From Gemmatimonas sp. (lineage in GTDB: Bacteria; Gemmatimonadota; Gemmatimonadetes; Gemmatimonadales; Gemmatimonadaceae): a DNA stretch of 64,000 nt. Every line of letters begins with the position of its first letter. The first letter of the stretch is position 1. Positions 46,679 to 54,802 of the stretch are shown here, one piece after another. A program made the translations under genes and the position numbers. Under the pieces are notes generated by a model. It had not been told where the DNA came from and did not search any database. It saw only the letters and a program-made list of their open reading frames with translations. The stretch covers positions 4,223 through 68,222 of the forward strand of contig NZ_JAPZSK010000011.1 in assembly GCF_027531815.1 (NCBI RefSeq), in the 5' to 3' direction.

Positions 46679-48010
46679 ATGAAACGCCTCTTCGCCACGG
46701 CCACACTCGCGCTGACCAACGCGCTCACCACCGCTCACGCCCAGCCCGGCAGCTCGACCTCCCGCCCCCCCATCCGCCCGCTCGGCCCCGTCGCCGCCGC
46801 CACGAAGGACTCGCTCGGGACCATCACCAACGTACGCGCACTCCCGGGCGGGCGCCTGCTGGTGAACGACATCAGCGCACGGCGTGTGCTGCTCCTCGAC
46901 TCCACGCTCGCCATCGTGAAGGTCGTGGCCGACACCACCCCCGGCAATCCCAATGCGTACGGCGGTGGCATGGCCAGCCTCATTGCCTTTCGCGGCGACT
47001 CCACGTTGTTCGTGGATGCCCAGTCGCTGAGCATGCTGGTCATCGACGCCGACGGCATCGTGCAGCGTGTCATGTCGGTGCCCCGCGCGCAGGACGCCAT
47101 GATGCTGGCGGCGGGGGGCCTGGGCGCCGGCGCCTTCTACAGCACGGGCCATCTGGTGTATCGCGGCATGCCCAACATCCGCATGAACATCGTGAACGGC
47201 ACACCGCAGATGTCCGGTATCCCCGACACCATGGCCGTGACGCGCGTGAATCTGCAAACGCGCGTGGTGGATACGGTGGGCTTCGTCAAGACGCCCCGCT
47301 CGCTGCCCACCATCACCCGTACCGACGACGGCAAGATGAACGTGTCGATCGAGGTGAATCCGCTGCCGGTGGTGGATGAATGGGCGGTACTCCCCAACGG
47401 CGACGTGGCCTTCGTGCGCGGGCGCGACTATCACGTGGATTGGGTCGAGGCCAACGGTACGCGGCGTTCGTCGCCCAAGATGGCGTTCGATTGGAAGCGC
47501 CTCACCGATGAAGACAAGGCGAAGCTCGTGGATTCGGTAAAGACGCTCCTGGACCAGCAGGCGGCCGCGAATCCCGGGCAGGGTGCGGCCATGGCCACGG
47601 CGTTCGGCAGCATGATGGGCGGGGGGGCAGGCGGCGGGGCACCGCGCGTGCAGGTGATGATTCGCGCCGATGGCGGGCCAGCGGGTGCCGGTGGTCCCGT
47701 GCGCGCGCCGCAGGTCACCCCGCCCAAGATCAACGTCGTCTCACCGAGTGAATTGCCCGACTACCAGCCGCCCTTCTTCGCCACCAGTACCCGAGCCGAT
47801 GCCGACGGCAATCTGTGGGTCCTCACCATTCCCACCAAGCCGCAGCCGGCCGGCAGCGTGTACGACGTGATCAACGGCAAGGGGGAAGTCACCGAACGCG
47901 TGCTCGTCCCCGAGGGGCGCCAGGTACTGGGCTTCGGCCCCGGTGGCGTAGTTTATCTGGGCAAGCGGGACGGCACCTCCACCGTCATCGAGCGCGCCCG
48001 CGTGAAGTGA
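46679..48010 (+). CDS. Secreted hypothetical protein, probably a beta-propeller with a Gly/Met-rich insertion
   Basis: Signal peptide; blade-like motifs (LLVND, LFVD, DEWAV, DADGNLWV, YDVI, FGPGGVVY). Confidence 0.65.
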   Translation: MKRLFATATLALTNALTTAHAQPGSSTSRPPIRPLGPVAAATKDSLGTITNVRALPGGRLLVNDISARRVLLLDSTLAIVKVVADTTPGNPNAYGGGMASLIAFRGDSTLFVDAQSLSMLVIDADGIVQRVMSVPRAQDAMMLAAGGLGAGAFYSTGHLVYRGMPNIRMNIVNGTPQMSGIPDTMAVTRVNLQTRVVDTVGFVKTPRSLPTITRTDDGKMNVSIEVNPLPVVDEWAVLPNGDVAFVRGRDYHVDWVEANGTRRSSPKMAFDWKRLTDEDKAKLVDSVKTLLDQQAAANPGQGAAMATAFGSMMGGGAGGGAPRVQVMIRADGGPAGAGGPVRAPQVTPPKINVVSPSELPDYQPPFFATSTRADADGNLWVLTIPTKPQPAGSVYDVINGKGEVTERVLVPEGRQVLGFGPGGVVYLGKRDGTSTVIERARVK

Positions 48011-48193
48011 GCCGCCCTGGGGGGCCTTCATACATGGGGGCGGGCGTCGTGCGGTTGCCCGCATCCCCGCACGGTCGTCATCCATTACATCCGTTGATCC
48101 GTCGTTTTCCATTGCCTTCATGACCTTCTGGTCCTTGCCCCCCGCGACTGCGCAGCGCGATGTCGCGCACCGGTTCCTCCCGGGCGCCACGCC

Positions 48194-49216
48194 GTGCATG
48201 ATGTACCACAGCGGGGGCTGGTGATGGGCGTGTCGTCACTGTACCGAGCCGCGCTGCGGGCGGTATCGCGGATGGCAGGCAGCGGGGTCGGGGCAGCCGT
48301 GGCGAACACCGTGGGCCTCCAGCCCCGATCAATCTGGTGTCTGCACCGGTTCGTCCGCCCCGGTGATGCGTGGACGGGCGATTCGGTCGATACCGTTGGC
48401 CACATCATCCGGGTGTTGTCAGCACGGGGCGTACGCTTCGTGGCGCTCGACGATCTCCTGTCGGGCGCGCCGTTGGGCGGGCCGGCCGTGGCCGTGACGG
48501 TGGACGACGGCTATGCAGACTTCGCGACCCACGGGTGGCCAATGTTCAAGGCACTCCGCTGCCCCGTGACCCTGTTCCTGACCACCGGACCGGTCGTCGA
48601 ACAACAGTGGTTTTGGTGGGATTACCTGGACCATGCCCTGAGTCGATTGCCCCGCCCGCACGTAGATATCGATCTCGTGGGAATGCGCGTGGAGCTCACG
48701 GACCCCGAGCGCCGACGGCGCACCGGCCGATTGTTGCGTGGCGCCCTCAAGCTGGTACCCGACGACGAGCGTCGGGCGCTGCTGGCAGACCTCGCCCAGC
48801 AGGCAGGCGTCGATGCCACCGAGGCGCCCTCGGCGCCGTATCGCGCGTTGGAGCCCGCCCAGGTCGAGCAGTTGGCCGCGGAAGGGGTCCAATTCGGCGC
48901 GCACACCGTCACGCACCCCATACTCAGTCGCTGCAGTGCCGCCGTCGCCCGGTGGGAAATCACGGAATCCGTACGGACCGTGCAGGCACTGGTGGGGCGT
49001 CCGGTCACCACGTTTGCGTACCCCAATGGCGCGCCGCACGATTTCAGCGCGCGCGAGGTGGCGCTGCTGGGTGCCCTTGGTGTGCCCGTGGCCGTCACGA
49101 CGTCCCGGGGCCGCGTCGCGGTCCACGCCGATCCGTTGCGCCTGCCGCGCCTCGTCTTCCGTGCCGATCTCAGTGTCATGAGCCGACGCGTCATGGGGTA
49201 CCCCCTGTCGCTGTGA
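48194..49216 (+). CDS. Polysaccharide deacetylase (CE4/NodB family)
   Basis: CLHRF, TVDDGY, FGAHTVTHPILS, FAYPNG, LPRL. Start uncertain (48194 or 48224). Confidence 0.85.
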   Translation: MHDVPQRGLVMGVSSLYRAALRAVSRMAGSGVGAAVANTVGLQPRSIWCLHRFVRPGDAWTGDSVDTVGHIIRVLSARGVRFVALDDLLSGAPLGGPAVAVTVDDGYADFATHGWPMFKALRCPVTLFLTTGPVVEQQWFWWDYLDHALSRLPRPHVDIDLVGMRVELTDPERRRRTGRLLRGALKLVPDDERRALLADLAQQAGVDATEAPSAPYRALEPAQVEQLAAEGVQFGAHTVTHPILSRCSAAVARWEITESVRTVQALVGRPVTTFAYPNGAPHDFSAREVALLGALGVPVAVTTSRGRVAVHADPLRLPRLVFRADLSVMSRRVMGYPLSL

Positions 49217-49278
49217 TCGACACGGGTGGTAGGCACCGCGCGCGCCTGAAGTAGGCACTGCGGCGCGGCGCGGTGCGC

Positions 49279-49740
49279 CTACGGGGTGAAGCGCACCACG
49301 CGCCGCGCCGTCCGGCAGAGTTTCTCGCCCGATCGGCAGTAGCTGGTCACCAGCGTTCCCTCGAGCGGCAGGTCATCGGGGACCAGTGGCAACATCACCT
49401 CTCCCACGAAGTACGCGCTGTCGTTGGTCACGGCCGCCCCTCGAAACGCGAGGCGCCGGCCGTTGCTCGTAGTCAGCACCGGCGGCTGCAACGCATTGAT
49501 CTGATCGCCCGAATCGGGAAACATCACCACGCGCCCCCCCTGGGCCGTGCGGTCGAGACGCACCGGCGGACCGCTGTCGATTTCCACGGGCCCCACCTTG
49601 GGCAGCGTGGGAATGGCGGAGAGGCGTGGCGCCGCGCGCGCGACCGCGCTGTCGGCCGCGGGTGGTGCCGCGTCGCGCCCTCCGGAGCAGCCGGCGACCG
49701 ACAGGACGAGAGTCAGGAGCATCGTGTTCCGGTGCATCAT
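49279..49740 (-). CDS. Hypothetical lipoprotein
   Basis: Lipobox VAGC; start ATG overlaps the stop of the upstream gene (ATGA). Confidence 0.65.
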   Translation of the reverse strand: MMHRNTMLLTLVLSVAGCSGGRDAAPPAADSAVARAAPRLSAIPTLPKVGPVEIDSGPPVRLDRTAQGGRVVMFPDSGDQINALQPPVLTTSNGRRLAFRGAAVTNDSAYFVGEVMLPLVPDDLPLEGTLVTSYCRSGEKLCRTARRVVRFTP

Positions 49741-52388
49741 CGCCCGATCCATTTCGAATACTTGATGAGAAAGACGTGGCGCCCCGGGTCGGCGAAGGCA
49801 CGACCCACCTGATTGGCGACACCGAAGTTGGCCACGTCGAGATCGACCTCGCGCTGCTGCGACCAGACGAAGAAGAGCGACGAGCCTGGCTGGTACTCCC
49901 ACCGCAGCACCGCATTGCCACGCAGCGCCCGCACGGTGAAATCCTGCGTGGGCACGAAGAAGGCCGGGGATGGCCCCGTGCCGTCGGGGTCCACCCGTTG
50001 CCCGCCGCTCACCGTCGTGACCTGCCCCGCATCCACGCCGTACTCGGCAAACTGGAAGGCGCGCGGCGTGGTGAACTCCTTGAACCGGGAGAACTGTCCG
50101 GCCGAGGCGAACGGCTGCAGGAACAGCTGCAGCGACAGCCAGGGCGAAAAGGTCCAGTCGAGCCGCGTGTTGAGCCGCGCCTCACGCTGCTGCACGTTGG
50201 CGAAGACATACCGCGCGCCGAAGGTCGCGACCGCACGCGGATCGAGCGCACGTTGCACGTACTGATCGACGGCGCGCGCGGTCGAGTATTCGGGGCCGAG
50301 GCGCAGCCGCAGCTGCGGCAGCGGCCGCCAGTCGAGTTCCGTTTCCACACTCACCTGGCGACGCCCCGCCACATCGGTGCTGCGCCCGAGCTCCAGCGAC
50401 AGGATAATGGGCTTGCGCGAGTCGGTGGTGAGTTCGAGCCCCTGATCGAGCGAGCGCGGGCGCACCGCCAGTGGTCCGCCGCGCAGCAGGCGGTCGTTGA
50501 GGGTTTGCGGTGACACCGAATTGCGCACCGATAGCTCCCAGAAGTTGAGCAGCGTGACTTCGCCGAAGAGCGCGTATCGCTGTTCCACCTGATCGCCGCC
50601 GAAGTTGTCGGCAAAGGTGCTGAAGGTGCCGATCGACCAGGCACGCGACCAACGGTTGATGAACGGATTGCGATACTGCAGCGCCGTACTCACCGTGCGG
50701 AAGTCGGAGCGCACCTGGAACCCGAGGTCGTTCACTTCGAACCCCGGGCTCGTTTCCTCGTAGGTGACGCTGCCCAGCACGCGGTCACCGGCGGTCTTGG
50801 CGAGGGAGAGCGCCGCGTAGTGCCCACCCAGCGCCGTGCGCGAGGGGTCGAAGGTGAGATGCGTGGCATCGGGCCGCTGAAAGCTGCGGTAGTTGGCGCG
50901 CTGCAGGCGCTGCAGCACCGCCTCGTTGCCGCGCACCTGACTGTAGGACAGGACGCCGCTGATGGTATACGTGCGATTGCGCCACGCGTGCTCCCAGTCC
51001 ACACCGGCGACCGTGGCGCTCGAGGCCACACGCGCGGCGAGCAGCGAATCGTCCAGTACCCGCCGCGTATCGGAGAGGAAGGCTCCCACACCGGTATTGC
51101 CGCCGTTGAGCAACCGGCGGAGGCGCGACACATGATAGTTGGAAAGCGGCTCCACCCCTTCTCGCGTCACACGGCCGTTGCTGCGCAGAACCTCGGCGTG
51201 CTCATGCGGGGTGGTGGCGTTGAGCACCCCGATCTGCCACCCCGAGGGCGTGGTACCCGACAGCTTGAAGGCACCGGCGATGGGGGTTTGCGCATTGATC
51301 CCCACGGCCACGATGTCGTCGCCAGCCGGGCGTCGCTGCGGCGCGCGGCCAATGCGCCGGCTGTAGAAGAAGCTGGGCGGATCGTTGGAGTTGCTCGTGC
51401 GCGTTTCCCCGAAGGCAAAGCCGTCGGCGTTCTCGAGGAAAAAGGGACGCCGCTCCTGAAAGAAGACCTCGAACGCGGTAAGGTTGACCACCGCCGGATC
51501 GGCCTCCACCTGGCCGAAGTCGGGGTTGAGGGTGGCGGTGAGAGTGAGCGACTGCGGCAGCTTCACGCGCAGGTCGCCCCCCACCGCGCCGGCCAGCTCC
51601 TGCGCCGGCGCGAAGCGGTTGCGCCCCCCTGGTGGCTGCGTTTCCACCTGCGCGCGCACGTAGGGAATGAACTCCGTGCGCGACGGCGGCCGCAGCGAGT
51701 CGAGCCCGGTGAGCGTCCCGAAACGGGAGACGAATCCGGGGGCATTGGCCGGCGCCGGCGACCAGAGCGCCTCCTCGCCAAGGCGCGCGATCTCACGAGA
51801 GAAGTTCACCCCCCACGGGCGCACCGCCCCCACGGCCCCGTTCACGTCATAGCGCAGCTGCGACAGCGGAATGCGGAACTCGGCCGTCCACCCGGCGCTG
51901 TCGACGCGCGCGGCCACGTTCCACACGGCATCCCACGAGTCGTCGGCCTCGGTGTCGTTGAACAGGTAGACGTCGCGCAGGACGCCGCGCGGGTTGACCC
52001 CGAAGACGAAGGCGGTGCGCCGGTCGCCGTAGCTGTCGAGGCCCAGAAAGAACCAGTCGGAGTAGATGTCGTCGGCATCACGGCGTCCGAGCTGCTGCGC
52101 AATGCTGTCGGGCGCCGTGTCGAAGTTGCGCACGCCCACGTACAGGGCGTCGGCATCGTACGCCACCCACACGTCACTGCGCTGCGAGGCCTTCTCGCCA
52201 TTTGCTGGCACGCGCTGCACGAAGCCGGTGGCCGGCGCCGCGTTGCGCCACACGGGTTCGTCGAGCTTCCCGTCGAGGGTGATGGGCGCGGGCAGCCACT
52301 GCGCGCGCATGGTGGGCTGGGCCGACACGGCCGAGGCGGTCGCGGCGCACCACAGGGCCACCGCGAACGAAAAGCGGGACATGAACAT
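49737..52388 (-). CDS. DUF5916-type protein (N-terminal CBM9-like domain plus outer-membrane beta-barrel)
   Basis: ITLDGKLDEPVW, YDADALYV, GWTAEFRIPLSQLRY, TLNPDFGQVEADP, EVFFQERRPFFLE, FYSRRIGR; ends FLIKYSKW. Confidence 0.8.
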   Translation of the reverse strand: MFMSRFSFAVALWCAATASAVSAQPTMRAQWLPAPITLDGKLDEPVWRNAAPATGFVQRVPANGEKASQRSDVWVAYDADALYVGVRNFDTAPDSIAQQLGRRDADDIYSDWFFLGLDSYGDRRTAFVFGVNPRGVLRDVYLFNDTEADDSWDAVWNVAARVDSAGWTAEFRIPLSQLRYDVNGAVGAVRPWGVNFSREIARLGEEALWSPAPANAPGFVSRFGTLTGLDSLRPPSRTEFIPYVRAQVETQPPGGRNRFAPAQELAGAVGGDLRVKLPQSLTLTATLNPDFGQVEADPAVVNLTAFEVFFQERRPFFLENADGFAFGETRTSNSNDPPSFFYSRRIGRAPQRRPAGDDIVAVGINAQTPIAGAFKLSGTTPSGWQIGVLNATTPHEHAEVLRSNGRVTREGVEPLSNYHVSRLRRLLNGGNTGVGAFLSDTRRVLDDSLLAARVASSATVAGVDWEHAWRNRTYTISGVLSYSQVRGNEAVLQRLQRANYRSFQRPDATHLTFDPSRTALGGHYAALSLAKTAGDRVLGSVTYEETSPGFEVNDLGFQVRSDFRTVSTALQYRNPFINRWSRAWSIGTFSTFADNFGGDQVEQRYALFGEVTLLNFWELSVRNSVSPQTLNDRLLRGGPLAVRPRSLDQGLELTTDSRKPIILSLELGRSTDVAGRRQVSVETELDWRPLPQLRLRLGPEYSTARAVDQYVQRALDPRAVATFGARYVFANVQQREARLNTRLDWTFSPWLSLQLFLQPFASAGQFSRFKEFTTPRAFQFAEYGVDAGQVTTVSGGQRVDPDGTGPSPAFFVPTQDFTVRALRGNAVLRWEYQPGSSLFFVWSQQREVDLDVANFGVANQVGRAFADPGRHVFLIKYSKWIGR

Positions 52389-52482
52389 CCGGGAAGGATA
52401 ATCATGCCCCGCCGGTGATACGTGACGGCAACGGGAGGAGGACGTCGGGGGTACCGGGGAGGGAGGCTGGCGATCGCCTCGC

Positions 52483-53418
52483 TCAGTTCCCGCGCGTGCG
52501 CGGCGGCGCCGGCAGCGTACCCTTGTTGGCGATCGCCTTGTTGATGGCGTCCACCGTGACCTGCGCGCGGAACGCCACGACCTCCTTGGCCCAGGCGGTG
52601 ATCTTCTTGCGATCGGTGAGTGACACCCCGTTGATGTCGGCCTTGCCCGCCTTCACCCGCTCGTCGTACCGGATGCTCCGGGGGTCGTCGATGAACATGT
52701 TGAGCGAGATCTCCGGATCGTCGTGCAGGCCATCGGCCTTGGAGGGGTGCACCCCCTTGCTCTCCATGTGCTTGGCCACACTCGCGTAGTCGTAGTACTC
52801 CTGCACGTGGGCCACGATGGGCGCGCCCTTCCAGAGCATCGTGAGGGAGTCGGCCACGGCCCGCTGCCCCGCCTGATTGCCACCGCTGTCGCCAATGTAG
52901 ATGATGGTTTCGAAGCCGTGCGCCTTGAGACTGGCGGCGATGTCGGTGAGCAGCGCGCGGAAGGTGCCTTCGCGCGCCGTGATCGTGCCCGGGCTCGTCA
53001 TGTGCCCCGATGGCGGATCGTAGCTGCCCTCCGGCACGAACTTCACGATGGGCGCGCAGAGGGCGTTGCCCAGTTTGCGCGCAATGGCGTCACAGTTGGT
53101 GTGCAGCACGTAGTTGTGCTTGCCCGTCACGAGCCACGGGCCGTTGGGCTCCATGCCGCCGGTGGGCACGATCACCGTCTTCTTGCCGGCGGCGATGGCG
53201 TCGCGCACATCCATCCACGTCATTTCCTCGAGCCACACCGTGTTGGGGGCCGGCAGCGGGTTGGGCGTGTCCTTGCAGTTGTACGTGTTGTCGGCGCAGT
53301 TGCCACCGCCCATGCTGCGCGGGTCACGGGGACGCGGCTGCTGGGCGTCGGCTGCCGTGCTGACGAGGGTGAGGGCGCCAGCGGCCACGAGGGCGCGGCG
53401 CAGCAGCGTGCGGGACAT
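52483..53418 (-). CDS. Creatininase-family protein with signal peptide
   Basis: LEEMTWMDV, VPTGGME, GFETIIYIGDSGGN, GLHDDPE. Start uncertain (53418, 53433 or 53442). Confidence 0.75.
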   Translation of the reverse strand: MSRTLLRRALVAAGALTLVSTAADAQQPRPRDPRSMGGGNCADNTYNCKDTPNPLPAPNTVWLEEMTWMDVRDAIAAGKKTVIVPTGGMEPNGPWLVTGKHNYVLHTNCDAIARKLGNALCAPIVKFVPEGSYDPPSGHMTSPGTITAREGTFRALLTDIAASLKAHGFETIIYIGDSGGNQAGQRAVADSLTMLWKGAPIVAHVQEYYDYASVAKHMESKGVHPSKADGLHDDPEISLNMFIDDPRSIRYDERVKAGKADINGVSLTDRKKITAWAKEVVAFRAQVTVDAINKAIANKGTLPAPPRTRGN

Positions 53419-53614
53419 GGGGAACGTGAACATCGCGGGCATGCGGGGAGCTCCCGAAGACGAGGGTGAAATCCGGACGCACGACAATGCGCCCCGCGCG
53501 GCATCTTCGCCAGAGTCGATGGGGGACAACGGCCGGTTGGCGAACGGCGTATTGCTGCGGGACACATGGCCCACGACCCTTTGCGCCGGAGACGGCTTTG
53601 CGCGAGCATTCAGC

Positions 53615-54649
53615 ATGACCCGTACGCCCTCCCTCCCGTCGTACGCTGCCGCCGCGATGTTGGCCCTGATGCTTCCGGCCCTCGCCGCTGCGCAGTCCGC
53701 CACCGGCAGCGGCAGTGCTGCTGCTGCGCCCACCCGTCTCCCGTCGCTCGCCGAGGTGCGTCAGCTGGCCGAGATGCACCTCACGCTCAGCGCGGTGCAC
53801 GATTCCGCCGACGCCAAGGCCGCACAGGCCAAGAACAAGACGCCTGATGCGCAGCTCGAGCTCGCCAAGCTGAAGCGGGAGGCGGTGTCGCGCGTGATCA
53901 AGGAACGCGGGCTTACCGATGAGCAGTACCAGCGGCTGCGTTTTCTCGTGAGCAGCAACGCCGAGGTGCGGGCCCAGTTCGATTCCATCGTGGGCAAGCT
54001 CACCGGCGCGCCGGTGCCCGGGCGGGTGGTCGCGGCGGCGGCGTCTGGGTTCGTGCCCGCCGCACAGCTGCCGGCCGGCCTGGTGGGCACGCACATCGGG
54101 CACGTCACCACCAGCTACGTGGACACGCCTGAAAAGGCCGGGCTGCTGGTGGTGGCCTTTGCCGAAGCGGCGGTCGCGTCGCAGCACGCCACGCTGGCCA
54201 CCCGTACCCCCACCGATCTGGCGGCCATGAAGCTGCACGCGGGTCATGTGCTGCACGCACTCGACCCGTCGCTGCAGGCCACAGGACCGGGGAAGGGCTT
54301 CGGGCTGCGCAAGGCCGCCGGCGGCGTGGCGCAGCATATCGAGCTGGCTGCCAAGGAGAACGGCGCGTCGGGGAACGTGAAGATCCACGCCACGCACATT
54401 GCCGCGGCGGCGCGGGGTACGCTGTCGCGCGTGGATCAGGCGGTGGCGCTGATCAAGCAGATCCAGGAGGCCACCGAGGCGAAGGCGGCGGCTTCGCTCA
54501 TTGCGCAGCTCGCCTCACTGTGCAGCCAGCTGGCCAGCGGCGCCGACAGCAACGCCGATGGGCGGGTGGACTGGGGCAATGGTGAGGGTGGCCTGCAGCA
54601 GGCGGAGGAGCATGTGAAGCTGATGATGGCGGGAGAGCGCAGGCCCTGA
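53615..54649 (+). CDS. Secreted helical hypothetical protein (DUF4168-like N-terminus, His-rich C-terminal domain)
   Basis: Signal peptide ending AAAQ; IKERGLTDEQYQRL; HIGH, HAGHVLH and HATH motifs. Start at ATG 53615. Confidence 0.65.
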   Translation: MTRTPSLPSYAAAAMLALMLPALAAAQSATGSGSAAAAPTRLPSLAEVRQLAEMHLTLSAVHDSADAKAAQAKNKTPDAQLELAKLKREAVSRVIKERGLTDEQYQRLRFLVSSNAEVRAQFDSIVGKLTGAPVPGRVVAAAASGFVPAAQLPAGLVGTHIGHVTTSYVDTPEKAGLLVVAFAEAAVASQHATLATRTPTDLAAMKLHAGHVLHALDPSLQATGPGKGFGLRKAAGGVAQHIELAAKENGASGNVKIHATHIAAAARGTLSRVDQAVALIKQIQEATEAKAAASLIAQLASLCSQLASGADSNADGRVDWGNGEGGLQQAEEHVKLMMAGERRP

Positions 54650-54654
54650 GATTG

Positions 54655-54720
54655 CGTGGGCGACTTCCTGCAGACCGCAGACGGCAGGAACCACAGGACG
54701 CAGAGCGCAGGAATTCGGAG
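54655..54720 (+). repeat. Third copy of the argB/argC intergenic repeat arm
   Basis: gcgacttcctgcagaccgcagacggcaggaaccacaggacgcagagcgcaggaa matches 9379-9435. Confidence 0.8.
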
Positions 54721-54765
54721 AAAGAAAACGGGCGCCACCGCTTCGCGGGGCGCCCGATTTCCTTC
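54721..54765 (-). terminator. Intrinsic terminator of the DUF1592-DUF1552-ankyrin operon, possibly bidirectional
   Basis: AAAGAAAA-CGGGCGCC-a-CCGC-ttc-GCGG-GGCGCCCG-atttcc between convergent genes. Confidence 0.7.
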
Positions 54766-54802
54766 TGCCGTTGAGAAGCGGAGACAGCCGAACGCCCCGC
54801 CC

